This document shows, piece by piece, positions 25,022-35,048 of a DNA stretch of 43,665 nt. This DNA comes from a virus (taxonomy: Duplodnaviria > Caudoviricetes). Made by a program: the position numbers and the translations under genes. The number at the start of each line of letters is the position of its first letter. Position 1 is the first letter of the stretch. Below the pieces are notes generated by a model. The model saw nothing but the letters and a program-made list of their open reading frames with translations, was not told the DNA's origin and made no database searches. The stretch covers positions 1-43,665 of the IMG/VR virus record IMGVR_UViG_3300010226_000010; one strand, written 5' to 3'.

Positions 25022-25351
25022 ATGGCAACGATACCCGTATTGGTCGGTGTGATGGTGGAAGGTCGGCTATCCGTCATCACTGGAATTGAGCATGAAGGCG
25101 AGCCGCTAGCCGTCGTGCAGTGGATCGGAAACCCGTCGATAGGACAACGAAAGCCAGTCTACGTGCTTCCGATAAGGTCAGTCCGTCATCAATTCCACGA
25201 CGACCCGAAAGCCCCGTTCCGATACCATATAACCGATCCACTACCAGGATTTCTGTTTGACGGCACCGTGACACAGAAACAGCGAGAACAGTACGGCGTT
25301 CGCAAGGGACCGGACGTAAGTCTTCCAATGGAACCCATCCGCCTACAGTAG
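25022..25351 (+). CDS. Hypothetical moron protein
   Basis: GGGAGG RBS, antisense to the late operon. Confidence 0.7.
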   Translation: MATIPVLVGVMVEGRLSVITGIEHEGEPLAVVQWIGNPSIGQRKPVYVLPIRSVRHQFHDDPKAPFRYHITDPLPGFLFDGTVTQKQREQYGVRKGPDVSLPMEPIRLQ

Positions 25352-25392
25352 CGTCCATGGCATTTTCCCTTCCGGTCCTGTAAAGTCGGGTG

Positions 25393-25629
25393 ATGACCGA
25401 ACCGCCCACCATCGAGCACAACCCGGACGAACGCCGCGAGCCGAAATGGCTTTGGAAGGCCGCTTTTGCGTTCGTTGCCTTTTTCTGGCTGCTGCAATGG
25501 AACGACGGCTTCCAATGGGACCAAATCGCATTAGGCGGTATCAGCGGGCTACTCCTCGGGCTGTGGTCCATGGAAAAGACCGGCGGCGAAGTCCCGGAAT
25601 CATGGCGCAAGGCGGCTCGCCGTCGCTGA
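25393..25629 (+). CDS. Two-TM membrane moron protein
   Basis: Trp-rich, two hydrophobic helices. Confidence 0.7.
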   Translation: MTEPPTIEHNPDERREPKWLWKAAFAFVAFFWLLQWNDGFQWDQIALGGISGLLLGLWSMEKTGGEVPESWRKAARRR

Positions 25630-27360
25630 TCCACCATATGTCAGCACCGCATTGACCAGAGCGCGTTTCTCGGCCGTCAGCGGCCCATTCCTGAGCAACT
25701 GGTTCGCAAGATACTTCTGCCCCGTCTTGCTCATCATCAGCCGCCCAATGGCCCTTGGCGCGACGAAGCCGGCAAGTGCGCCGGTCAGCGCTCCTTGAAG
25801 CCCGCCGCCGTCCTGCGCGCCGTATGCCCCGCCAGCGCCGGCACCGATCACCGAGGGCGCCATGGTGCCGAGATTGCGCACCGCCAGCCTCGATGCCGTC
25901 CCTGAATTGGGCAGCGGCGTCATGACAGCCTGCCCGGCCTTGGCGAGGTCGGCAAAATCGTTCGCGCCCGTAGCGAAGGCGTCCCGGTTGCCCGACGATG
26001 CCGCCATGCGCAGGCGAGCCGGTGAGATGACACCAAGCGCCGCTTCCTCGCCGCCGCCGCCGGAAGCGCGCGTGAGCGTTTTGAAGTTCCCGTACTGCTT
26101 GCGCAGCTGCGCCCATGCGCCTTTGTCCGCCGGCTGGATCGATCGTTCCATGCCGTTGTCCAGCGCATTGCGAAGACCGCGAATGGCGTCCGCGAACTCG
26201 CCGTCCCTCTGTCGATAGTTCTGCGCCATGCGGGTAAGGCGAGAGCGGATCGTCTGGTAATCCTTGCCCGTCATGGACCCTTTGCCGGCCTTGAAGCGCG
26301 CTGCAATGTCGTCCGCAAGGCCCTTGAAAATCTGCTTCTGCTCGACCGGCAGCACTCGGGCATATTCCTGCGCCGTAGCATTGAAGTCGTTCACCATGGC
26401 CTGGTCCACGCGAAGCGAATTGCGGGACGCGAGATATTCGAAATTCTTCCCCAACTTATCCTTGAGCGCGGCCAGATTGCCCGGTTCGGCAAGCCCGCTG
26501 CCGCCTGCCCTGCGCATTGCGGCGTCGGTAAAGGCCCTGCCCTGATCGTCCATGATCTGCGCCGCCCGGTCGCCGCCAATTTCGCTTTCGGCGTAACGGA
26601 GGGATTTGCTGCCGGTCTTCTGGCCTGCCGTGAGGGGGACGCCCTCGCGCTCTAGAACGCCGACCGCCGCCGACCGCTCGGGAGACGTGGTGAAGGGCGA
26701 AATAACCTTCTGCGCGCCTTTGGAAAGACCAGCAAGCGCAACCGGGGTGGCTGCCCCTACAAAAGCGCCAGTCACCCCGCCGGACTTCGCCTGCGCAAGC
26801 CGGTCGCTCATTCCCTGCCCGCCGCCGAAGCCCTGCGCCGCGCCGATTGCCGCACCTTCCGCTCCGGAAGCCAACGCAACCGCCGGCAGCCTGTAGCCAG
26901 CACGGATCGCATTCGCGGTCGGCGACATGCCAGCCTTGGCCAGCCCCGAACCGCCGGTCAATGCGCCGGCGACCTCACCCGCCAGACGATATCCGCCACG
27001 ATTTTCGGCGTCGGCCTGATCGGTCATGCGCTCGCGGGAAAGCGCCTTGTCATAATCGCCAAGATAGCCGAAACCAGTGCCGAGGCCGGCAGCAATCTCG
27101 TCTGCCGTGCCGAACGTCATCATGTCGGCCGCGCCCCGCATGGCGCTATCGATCTTGCCGATCATGCTGTTGCGATTGCTGTCGGCGCTCTTGTCCATCC
27201 CCCGCGTGATGGCCGACATGTCGGAGGCGGCGTCCTGATAGGCTTGCGAGCGCGGGACGGCCTGCGGGAACTTGGTGGCGATCAGCCCCTTGATCTGTTC
27301 TGCCGGCATGTCGTCGGGGAATGCGACGACCGTGCCGTCTGGCATACGGACTTGAGGCAT
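25600..27360 (-). CDS. DNA ejection / internal virion protein
   Basis: MPDGTVVAFPDDMP start, FGTADEIAAG, GVPLTAGQKTG, PNSGTASR; position. Confidence 0.78.
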   Translation of the reverse strand: MPQVRMPDGTVVAFPDDMPAEQIKGLIATKFPQAVPRSQAYQDAASDMSAITRGMDKSADSNRNSMIGKIDSAMRGAADMMTFGTADEIAAGLGTGFGYLGDYDKALSRERMTDQADAENRGGYRLAGEVAGALTGGSGLAKAGMSPTANAIRAGYRLPAVALASGAEGAAIGAAQGFGGGQGMSDRLAQAKSGGVTGAFVGAATPVALAGLSKGAQKVISPFTTSPERSAAVGVLEREGVPLTAGQKTGSKSLRYAESEIGGDRAAQIMDDQGRAFTDAAMRRAGGSGLAEPGNLAALKDKLGKNFEYLASRNSLRVDQAMVNDFNATAQEYARVLPVEQKQIFKGLADDIAARFKAGKGSMTGKDYQTIRSRLTRMAQNYRQRDGEFADAIRGLRNALDNGMERSIQPADKGAWAQLRKQYGNFKTLTRASGGGGEEAALGVISPARLRMAASSGNRDAFATGANDFADLAKAGQAVMTPLPNSGTASRLAVRNLGTMAPSVIGAGAGGAYGAQDGGGLQGALTGALAGFVAPRAIGRLMMSKTGQKYLANQLLRNGPLTAEKRALVNAVLTYGGSATASRLAP

Positions 27361-28382
27361 TACTGCCCTCCGAAATAATCGCGATAGTCCACGACGCCGC
27401 CAGAGCCGCCGCCTTGCTGTGGGAGCGGGCCACTGCCGAGCCGATGCTGCTCCGCCTGAGACTGCAATTTCTGCAAGCCCTGCTGGATGTAATAGTTGAA
27501 CTCGTCGAGCGCTGACTGGAAGTCCTGGAGGTTCTGCGCCTGGTTCAACCGGGCGTAGGCTTCCTCCGCCTTCTTGCCCTCGTAGTCAGTTATCGCGCCG
27601 CCGCCCTTGAGCATCTGGCGAGCCTGTAGGAACGCCCCGCTCTGCAGCTGGTTGATCTTGCCCTGCACCCGAGCCGCGTCCGACGTGAAGTTTGGAAGGC
27701 GCCCATAGACCGGGCCGACCATGTTCGGCAGATACGGATCGCTTTTCAGCTCATCGACCTGCTTGGCGACATTCGTGGCGAGCTGCGTTGCTCCGGGGAG
27801 CGAGCCGGCCGCTTCACCCACAACCTTGCCTTCAGCCGTGCCGCGCGAGCCTTCGAAATTCTTCTGGTAAGGGCTGACGGGCGTTAAGCCTTCCGGCATC
27901 TGCGAACGGATGATCTTGCCGTCCTTGGTCGCCTGCCCGAGAACCGGGTTGCCGTTCTCGTCCTGCAACCAGACGGGAGTAAGGCCAGCAACCGATTCGA
28001 CGCCGCCGCCGGGAGCGGACACCCATTCGCCCGTATCGGTGTTGAACAGGTTCCCGCCGCCGGCATTGATGTAGCCCTGCCCTTTTGGCGTCTGCGCATA
28101 GCGCTGCCTGGTGTACGTCTGCCACGCCTCGTTGATCGGCATTCCAGCTTCCACCATCTGCGCAAATTCGGGCGCGTTCTGCCGGAAATAGTCCAGCGTC
28201 TTGTTCTTGCCACGCATTTGCGCCTGAGCCTGGCCGTAGGCTCCGAACGCATTGCCGAAGTTCGCAGCATTCCCCTGCTGCCCCATGAGGGCGGCCGCAA
28301 TAGGCATCGCGACTTCCGGGGCGAGAAGCTGCTGGAGAAAGCCGCCGCCCTGGTTCCCGGGCGTCTGTGCAAGCTGTGCCAT
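27360..28382 (-). CDS. DNA ejection / transfer protein
   Basis: Q/G-rich, FLQARQMLKGGGAITDYEGKKAE; position. Confidence 0.75.
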   Translation of the reverse strand: MAQLAQTPGNQGGGFLQQLLAPEVAMPIAAALMGQQGNAANFGNAFGAYGQAQAQMRGKNKTLDYFRQNAPEFAQMVEAGMPINEAWQTYTRQRYAQTPKGQGYINAGGGNLFNTDTGEWVSAPGGGVESVAGLTPVWLQDENGNPVLGQATKDGKIIRSQMPEGLTPVSPYQKNFEGSRGTAEGKVVGEAAGSLPGATQLATNVAKQVDELKSDPYLPNMVGPVYGRLPNFTSDAARVQGKINQLQSGAFLQARQMLKGGGAITDYEGKKAEEAYARLNQAQNLQDFQSALDEFNYYIQQGLQKLQSQAEQHRLGSGPLPQQGGGSGGVVDYRDYFGGQ

Positions 28383-28383
28383 G

Positions 28384-28632
28384 CTATTTGCCCTTCTCCA
28401 TCACCGGGCCGGCGTTCGGCGCGTAGTTCGGCAGCTGCATCGGCTGATAATACTGGTTCATCAGCGCCAGAAGATCGGCGGGTTGGCCACCGAAACCCGC
28501 CGCCAACTGCTGCGACAGCGCGTCCAGTTGTCCGGGCATCGCGGCAGGAACCTGCGTCATCGGCCTGATGGCGGCGTTGGAAACGTCCTTCTGCGCCGTC
28601 GTGGTGGTCTTCTTCCCGCTGCTGCCGCCCAT
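28384..28632 (-). CDS. Small virion protein with MGGS..KTTT N-terminus
   Basis: TAATG coupling; N-terminus resembles that of the upstream gene. Confidence 0.65.
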   Translation of the reverse strand: MGGSSGKKTTTTAQKDVSNAAIRPMTQVPAAMPGQLDALSQQLAAGFGGQPADLLALMNQYYQPMQLPNYAPNAGPVMEKGK

Positions 28633-29465
28633 TATAGCTTGCTCCCGCCATTCGTGCCCATGCTCATGGCCCCGAGGCCAGCCCCGGCGATGTTCGAAAG
28701 GGTGTTGCTCGGGCCTTGCGCGGTCTGCGTGTTGGTCGAATACTGGCCCCCGCCGTTGGCGGCGGCGAGAAGCGCCTGGATATTGCTGAGCGGCGCGTTG
28801 GACTGCTCGTTCGCGATCCGAAGCTGATCGTTCAGCACCCGGCCATAAAGGTCTTCGTTCATGCTGCCGACGCCCATCAGCGTCTTTGCCGGATCCTGCA
28901 TCCCCTCATACGCAGTGCCAAGGTTGGCCTGTCCCTGCTGACCGGCGTTGAACAACTGCGTTTGCGCCGCGTCCCTGCGATTCTGCCAGTCCTGGTATTG
29001 CCGGGCGCCGAGGTCGCCCAGCTCCCGCGTCATCACCTCGTCATGCGTTCCTGAACCGTATCGCCCAAGGCCGGCGGCGTTCTGGTTCACCGCATCCCTG
29101 GTCGAGTTCATGACCTGCTGGAAGGCAGGATCGGCGTTGATGTCGAACGTGCTGTTGGCTGTATCGCGGATACCCTGCAAGGCCGACTGCTGGTCCTGAT
29201 TGTAACCGCCCGAATCGATGATGCCCTGCAACTGGCCTGACAGCCCGTTGCCGCCCATGTTGTTCTGGGCGATGTTCTGGAGGTCGCCCATGCCGGCCGT
29301 CGTCTGCTGCGCGTACGGCACCACCGTGGACATTGTGTTCGGCTGGACGAGATTGCCGTCTTTATACAGCTTTAACGCATCGCCCATGCCCTGTTTCAAC
29401 AGAGGCTCCGAAGCCGCGTATGGCTTCGCGCTACTTGTCGTCGTGGTCTTATTACTGCCGCCCAT
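28632..29465 (-). CDS. Pilot/DNA transfer protein (P22 gp7-like position)
   Basis: MGGSNKTTTTSS start after GAGGAG; Q/N/G-rich, GRYGSG. Confidence 0.72.
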   Translation of the reverse strand: MGGSNKTTTTSSAKPYAASEPLLKQGMGDALKLYKDGNLVQPNTMSTVVPYAQQTTAGMGDLQNIAQNNMGGNGLSGQLQGIIDSGGYNQDQQSALQGIRDTANSTFDINADPAFQQVMNSTRDAVNQNAAGLGRYGSGTHDEVMTRELGDLGARQYQDWQNRRDAAQTQLFNAGQQGQANLGTAYEGMQDPAKTLMGVGSMNEDLYGRVLNDQLRIANEQSNAPLSNIQALLAAANGGGQYSTNTQTAQGPSNTLSNIAGAGLGAMSMGTNGGSKL

Positions 29466-29868
29466 GGATCGGCTCCTCGTAGACAGCCCGGAGAACCCGT
29501 GCGTTCCTGAAAATCTTCTTCCAGCCGACGCGGCCTTCCGACATGAGCGCCGTCGCGCCGCAAAGGATTGCCGTCTGGCGCACCCTTTCGTGCAGATCAT
29601 CGATCCAGTCGGCCATGCCCTTGCCGAATAGCGCCAGGCAGCGGAATTTCGGGCCGCTGCCCCATTGTTCCGGCCGCCATGCCGTCGCCGCGACGATTTC
29701 CTTCTCGTCGTGCACCACAAACAAGAACGCATTGCCCGACCGGCACATCTGCCAGAGTTCACCAACGGTCAGGTCGCCGCCGAAGCGCCGCGAAGCCCGC
29801 TGGAAGCCTACCGTCACGCTGGGCCATACATTGTCGACCATGTGCTGCGGAACGAGCGTCACCATCAT
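29452..29868 (-). CDS. GNAT-like virion assembly protein (P22 gp14-like position)
   Basis: G.GM.DW, EGRVGWKK motif; position before the pilot gene. Confidence 0.6.
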   Translation of the reverse strand: MMVTLVPQHMVDNVWPSVTVGFQRASRRFGGDLTVGELWQMCRSGNAFLFVVHDEKEIVAATAWRPEQWGSGPKFRCLALFGKGMADWIDDLHERVRQTAILCGATALMSEGRVGWKKIFRNARVLRAVYEEPIHGRQ

Positions 29869-30239
29869 GACGGCGCTCGCTGGTTCGCCAGCGTCGAAAT
29901 CACCGTCACCGTCACCACGGAGGCTTTCGCCGCCTGCGCCTTGATCTTCTTGGCTTTCGCCTTGGTGTAGAGCACTATGGGCGCATCGAGCGCGACCGTG
30001 ACCGTCTCGTTGGCCGGCACCGATCTTTCGAACAACACGAAATCGCCCGTCCCGTCATTCCACCAGAGAGTGACTTTCTGCGCCGCGTTGTCCTGGTTGA
30101 CGATGACAATCGCCACCACGGTCACGATGCCGCCCGTCGTATCCACCGACAGGGAGAGCACGTCGTTGACGGCCGTATCAGGCAAGAGCAGCGAAGTCGG
30201 CTGCTGGAGGTTGCCCTGCACCGGTATGACGACGCTCAC
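29865..30239 (-). CDS. Small beta-rich tail protein
   Basis: GTGA overlap; beta-strand pattern. Confidence 0.6.
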   Translation of the reverse strand: MSVVIPVQGNLQQPTSLLLPDTAVNDVLSLSVDTTGGIVTVVAIVIVNQDNAAQKVTLWWNDGTGDFVLFERSVPANETVTVALDAPIVLYTKAKAKKIKAQAAKASVVTVTVISTLANQRAPS

Positions 30240-31681
30240 CGCCTGCCCTCCGGCTGGTAATCCACATCAACACCGATTGAATGCGACCACGCCGCCGCCT
30301 GCGGAATGTCCATCTTGAGCGCGTGAAGCAGCCCGCTTGACCGGAAGTGGCACATGCCTGTCGCCGCATAGGGCGAGACCGGAATGCCTTCCGACCGGCT
30401 ACCGCCATGCTTGTCGCTGGTGATCGCCGTCAGCGTGAAATCGGTGCAGTCCGTCGTCACCCGCGCTCCTTGCACGAAAGCACGCGATCCGGCGCTCAAC
30501 TGCACGTCCGCCGTGGTCAGGCTCGCCGCCCTCGGAAGCCCGGTGAAGAACCCAAGCCTGTTGTCTGTGGTGAACGCCGCGAACCGAAGCGCACCGCCGG
30601 ACAGGGCCGCGCTGTCCCATGGAATGTCCGCATCATCCCAATCGCCGTAAAGCGCCTCGACGCCGTCCCACGTTATGCCGGGCGTCGCCATGATGCACAT
30701 TTCGCCAACGTCGAAGTCTGCATAGCACCAGCGGTCCAGTTGCCAGTGGTAGCCGATCATGAACCGACTGCCGCCGGTCTGCTGCGCCTGAAACCATGCG
30801 ATCTTGCGGAACGGGTCGGGAAATCCCCGCACGTCCTTGACGTAAAGGCTATCCGCCTTCTCCTGAAACCACATATCGACGCGCTCGGCCCCGATTGGCT
30901 GGCCTTGCACGTTCATGAAGAAGCCGTCGCGGGCGTAGTAAACGAACTGCCCCGGCCCGATCGGAACGACGGAGAGCGGCGCATAGACGCCGCGTGACGG
31001 GTTGAGAACCTGCGTCGTGAACGAATAATCGCCACCGGTGGTCAACGCCACTTCCGTGAACGCGGTGCGGTGCGATATGATCGCGCCACGCTCGCCGCCC
31101 TGGATGTTGACGATTTCCTCGCCGTCCGCGAAATCCTGCAAATCGCAGCCGCGCTCGCCGAGCGTCCAGAAGCCCGCGTCTCCGATGCCCGAGAGCATGA
31201 AGCGGTTCGGATAACCGTCATGGTAGCCGAGCGCCACGTACTCGCCTATCGTGGCGCAGTAACGGGCTTTCGGAGGGCTGCCTGGAAGATCGGCGAACGC
31301 GGTTCCCGTGTCGATATCGATGTATTGAGGGTTGTCGCCGAGGTTGCACAGGATGAGCTTCTGGCCGTATTTCGTCGCGCTCCATCTGTCCCCGGCAGGG
31401 ACGGAATAGGGCGCCGAAGGGCCTGCGATGCTGGCCCATGAATAGTCGGTGCCGTCCAGTTCGAGGATATCCGTCGCGGTCGCCGCGATGATGCGATAGG
31501 TTCCGTCCTGCTTCCGCAACGACCACGCGCCGAGGCATGGGGCGTCGAGCGCCTGCGTGATCGGCACAAGGTCGGGCAGCGGTCCCCACCCATCCTTGAC
31601 CGGAATGGCGTTGACCTGCTCCCGAGCCGCGTCCATCGCATAGCGCGTTCGATCCGGCTCGAATGGCGCGAAGGGGATCAT
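30236..31681 (-). CDS. Tail hub/nozzle (P22 gp10-like) protein
   Basis: MIPFAPFEPD start, beta-propeller-like composition, QPIGAERVD; follows the adaptor. Confidence 0.75.
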   Translation of the reverse strand: MIPFAPFEPDRTRYAMDAAREQVNAIPVKDGWGPLPDLVPITQALDAPCLGAWSLRKQDGTYRIIAATATDILELDGTDYSWASIAGPSAPYSVPAGDRWSATKYGQKLILCNLGDNPQYIDIDTGTAFADLPGSPPKARYCATIGEYVALGYHDGYPNRFMLSGIGDAGFWTLGERGCDLQDFADGEEIVNIQGGERGAIISHRTAFTEVALTTGGDYSFTTQVLNPSRGVYAPLSVVPIGPGQFVYYARDGFFMNVQGQPIGAERVDMWFQEKADSLYVKDVRGFPDPFRKIAWFQAQQTGGSRFMIGYHWQLDRWCYADFDVGEMCIMATPGITWDGVEALYGDWDDADIPWDSAALSGGALRFAAFTTDNRLGFFTGLPRAASLTTADVQLSAGSRAFVQGARVTTDCTDFTLTAITSDKHGGSRSEGIPVSPYAATGMCHFRSSGLLHALKMDIPQAAAWSHSIGVDVDYQPEGRR

Positions 31682-32301
31682 GAGCGGCAGCGCCGGTTCG
31701 CAGACAGCGCGGGATCGACCATCAGGACGCCGCGCTTCGATTGCGCGATCACGCTCCTGATGCTCGGGATCATCTCGCCCAGCACGGCCTTGAAGCTGGC
31801 CGCGTAATTGCCGTTCTGGATGAACACGCCCCCCCAGACGAGTGAAGCTGCGAGATAGAGGTCAGGGTGATTTTCCAGCAGCCAGTTCGTCGGGGCCGCA
31901 TCGGAGAGAGCAAACCTCTCCTGATACCGGAGTCGGAAGGAATAGGCGCTGTCGCAGGGCCGGTCGAAAACGATGCTGGCCCCGTCGATGGCCCATATCT
32001 TCGGCTGGCCGTTATCCTCCATGAAGGGAAACGTGCCATCGGCGCGCGGCAGCATGACCGCCTCGCCGCCCGTCAAGGTGATGAACATGGCAATGGGCTT
32101 GACCATCGCCAGAGACGAAATGTCGATGATACGAGAACCTGTCGCTCCCGTCAGAGGGGCATCGGTTTCGACCGGGTTGAGCGCGCGATTGAGACCGGCC
32201 TCGCCAAGCGCGATGAAATCCTCGACGTTGCCGAGGACATCAGCGCGCGCCATCCAGTCGGACACGGCCTGCTTAAGCTGGGTATAGTTGGAAATCGGCA
32301 T
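31678..32301 (-). CDS. Head-tail adaptor
   Basis: NYTQLKQAVSDW.AR.D, FIALGEA.LNR, TNWLL..HPDLYL. Confidence 0.8.
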   Translation of the reverse strand: MPISNYTQLKQAVSDWMARADVLGNVEDFIALGEAGLNRALNPVETDAPLTGATGSRIIDISSLAMVKPIAMFITLTGGEAVMLPRADGTFPFMEDNGQPKIWAIDGASIVFDRPCDSAYSFRLRYQERFALSDAAPTNWLLENHPDLYLAASLVWGGVFIQNGNYAASFKAVLGEMIPSIRSVIAQSKRGVLMVDPALSANRRCRS

Positions 32302-32315
32302 CGCTCACCCCGGAT

Positions 32316-32348
32316 AAAGAGAATGGGGCCAGCCCGAAGGCCGGCCCC
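32316..32348 (-). terminator. Terminator after the major capsid gene
   Basis: GGGGCCGGCC-TTCG-GGCTGGCCCC then ATTCTCTTT. Confidence 0.75.
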
Positions 32349-32356
32349 GATCCGTG

Positions 32357-33601
32357 TTATGCGGCGCCCGAGTGGCGTGTCGCCAGACGCGGGTCGATGG
32401 TCTTGGCGCCGAACAGGATGTCGCAGCGCCATGCCGACTTGTCATTCGTGCCGTCGTAGACGGGAATGATGCGGACGCTCGTGCCCTTGTAAGACTGCCG
32501 GGACACGTCAACCGCGCCGGGAGGCGAGACCAGCGGGACCATCGCTAGCGCGAAGGCATTGCGGTGGAACATCAAGTTCTGCCTGTAGCCGGTGCCGCCA
32601 GTGCCCATCACCGTGATGTTGGCGCTGTCGGACGGGACCGCCGAACAGTTCTGGAACGCGCCGCTGGCGATGATCGGCGGGCTGATCGTCAGCGTTGCCG
32701 GGCCGGTCGAGGCACCCGAGTCGGCGTCGGCCATCACCACGAACTGCTTAGGGAACGGCAGCGTGGCCTTGGTGACGGGATTGACCGCGTACACGCCAGC
32801 GATGGTGAACACGTCGCCCTTCTTCAGGATGCCGGTCGTGGAGTTCGTCCAGCCCTTGGTGACAAGGCTCTGGGTGCCGGTGTCCTTCACGTCGGCGTAG
32901 GTCGACCCCTGAGTGCCGCCATCGACCTTCGGCGTGCCGGTGGCAACACCGACCGTGTGGGTCTTGATGTTCTGCGACATATAGGTGTCGACGCCGCCGA
33001 TCATGCCGAGCTTGCCCGAACGATAGGCATCTTTGGCCGCCGCCTGGATGTAGAGCGAGGTCTGCGAGCCGAGCAGGCCAGCCTCGTCCGCCGGGGACAG
33101 GACGGAAGCAAGATTGTCGGTCGGGGCCGCGCCTTCCATCAGGCGTTCCTTGGCGGCGTAGAAATCCGAGAAAGAATCGATGGTCTGGCCCGGAGTGCCA
33201 ACCCAGTTCGGGACCTCGGCATAGAGGCCGGTCAGGTAGGTATCGACCGAGTTGGCAAGCTGGACCATGGCCGGCTTGATGACGCGTTCGGAAAGCTCGC
33301 CGATCTTCAAGGTCAGGTCTTGCGACGTGAACTCGAAATCGACGCCGCGCCGCTGGTTGACGGTGAGGCTGGTCTTGCCTTCCGTCACGTCCTGCGCCGA
33401 CATGGTGGCGACGGTGCGAACGGTGAAGTCGGTCGGCTTGCGGATCGAGATCGTCTCGCCGACCGTATAGCCGTTGACCTTCTTGTCGAATTCGTTCTCG
33501 TAGCCGCGAAACACCTTCTTGGCCATCACGAGTTCGTTGTCGAGGATCATCACCGCTTCCTTGGCGATGATGTCCGCAGTCAGGGTAGTGTTGGTGGACA
33601 T
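32357..33601 (-). CDS. Major capsid protein, P22 coat family
   Basis: GETISIRKP, IKPAMVQLAN.VD, GDVFTIAGV.AVNP, NLMFHRNAFALA, RCDILFG. Confidence 0.93.
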   Translation of the reverse strand: MSTNTTLTADIIAKEAVMILDNELVMAKKVFRGYENEFDKKVNGYTVGETISIRKPTDFTVRTVATMSAQDVTEGKTSLTVNQRRGVDFEFTSQDLTLKIGELSERVIKPAMVQLANSVDTYLTGLYAEVPNWVGTPGQTIDSFSDFYAAKERLMEGAAPTDNLASVLSPADEAGLLGSQTSLYIQAAAKDAYRSGKLGMIGGVDTYMSQNIKTHTVGVATGTPKVDGGTQGSTYADVKDTGTQSLVTKGWTNSTTGILKKGDVFTIAGVYAVNPVTKATLPFPKQFVVMADADSGASTGPATLTISPPIIASGAFQNCSAVPSDSANITVMGTGGTGYRQNLMFHRNAFALAMVPLVSPPGAVDVSRQSYKGTSVRIIPVYDGTNDKSAWRCDILFGAKTIDPRLATRHSGAA

Positions 33602-33672
33602 GGTAGGCTCCATCGGGCGGCCTTGGCCGCGCTGGGACTGGACGTCATCCGACGTTCAATCGGTTGGGGTGC

Positions 33673-34539
33673 TTAGCCCCGGCCTGCCTTGCGGGCGGCC
33701 ACGTATTCGTCCATCGACATTTCGGCGAGGGACTTGCGGGCGCCGGGCGTAGCGCGTCCGCCGACCGTCCTGGACGGCTGCGGCTGGGCGGCTGGCTTCT
33801 GTGCCGGGGCGGGTTTGGAAAGGGCGTTCTGACCGATCCGGGCGAGATAAAGCATCTCGTAGACCAGCGGGTTCATCATGCCCTGCATCTGCTCTCTGGT
33901 CACACCCTTGGAGAGCGCAAAGTCGATCACCTGCTTGTCGGTTTCCGGGGTCCAGCCCTTGAGATTGGCTTTCACATGGTCGTGCGTTTCCTGCATGCGC
34001 TTGGCAATTTCCTGCTGCGCCTCGGCAGTGCGACGGCCTTCGTGCTGCTGGATTTGGGCCTCCAACTGGCCTTTCTGTGCACGAAGATGCTGCGCGTAGT
34101 TCCACGCCTCATCCGCGCTGAGCGGGTCGGTAAGGCGATGTTGCTGGTACGTTGACCAGTCGTAATCCTTGAACCGCTCCAACTCCTTAGCAACGCCGCG
34201 AAGATCGGCGCGCGCGTCGAGATATTCGTCACTCGCTGCGAATTGCTGGTCGAGCCGCTGGGCGCGGGCTTCCAGTTCCTTGCGAGTGTTGGCAACCTCC
34301 TGCGTTTTCTTGGTGTAATCGGCCTGCATCATCAGGCCGTCCTTGAGGCCTTTCGGCCCCTTTACCTTCTTCCCGTTCCAGTCGAATTCCTCAAGCTCTT
34401 CTTCCGGTTCGGGCTGTTGTTCGACTTCCGTCTCGTCGCCGGTTTCATCGAGATTTTCAGGCTCATCAGCCCCCATTTCCGGTTCGACTGCCGGGGTTCC
34501 CGGTTCTACTTCGGCAATGGCTTCCTGTTCGCCGTCCAT
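33673..34539 (-). CDS. Scaffolding protein
   Basis: Acidic N-terminus, MQADYTKKTQEVA, C-terminal MSMDEYVAARK. Confidence 0.88.
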   Translation of the reverse strand: MDGEQEAIAEVEPGTPAVEPEMGADEPENLDETGDETEVEQQPEPEEELEEFDWNGKKVKGPKGLKDGLMMQADYTKKTQEVANTRKELEARAQRLDQQFAASDEYLDARADLRGVAKELERFKDYDWSTYQQHRLTDPLSADEAWNYAQHLRAQKGQLEAQIQQHEGRRTAEAQQEIAKRMQETHDHVKANLKGWTPETDKQVIDFALSKGVTREQMQGMMNPLVYEMLYLARIGQNALSKPAPAQKPAAQPQPSRTVGGRATPGARKSLAEMSMDEYVAARKAGRG

Positions 34540-34616
34540 GTGCGCACTTCCTTTCGAGATTGGTGCTTGTGCGCCGTTACGTGGCGCGGACGATTACCGA
34601 TCGCTCGGAATTAGTG

Positions 34617-35048
34617 TCATGCCCACACACGAGCGCGATGGCTCACCGCGCCAGCCTCGTAGATCTTCATGCCGCTGGTGCCGACCCACGCCGCCGGAAC
34701 GCCGTCTTCAGCCGGGACCTCTTCCATGTGGCCGAGCAGCGGGAATATGCCGGCCCAACCGCCGCCGGCATCGAGCATGTCCGCCAGTGCTCCGTAGGCG
34801 ACGAGGTTGACGTGCCAGCCCTCGACGACGACGGCGGGCGTGATCTCGTTGCCTTCGTAGTCTAGTTCGGCATCCACCTTGACCACCGGGCCGATCTCGG
34901 CGATGCGCACCCAATCGGACGGGACGAGGCCGCCCGTTTCGGTATCGACCGACGCCAGCGGAGTGCCGGTGACCGGGTTGACCAGCGCCGACATGGTGGC
35001 GACGAAGGTTTCGCGGTCGGGGGACCAGGACAGGTATTCGATGATCAT
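34617..35048 (-). CDS. Fibre-associated hypothetical protein
   Basis: IGPV, GWHVNL, ARVWA C-terminus; follows the head fibre. Confidence 0.7.
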   Translation of the reverse strand: MIIEYLSWSPDRETFVATMSALVNPVTGTPLASVDTETGGLVPSDWVRIAEIGPVVKVDAELDYEGNEITPAVVVEGWHVNLVAYGALADMLDAGGGWAGIFPLLGHMEEVPAEDGVPAAWVGTSGMKIYEAGAVSHRARVWA

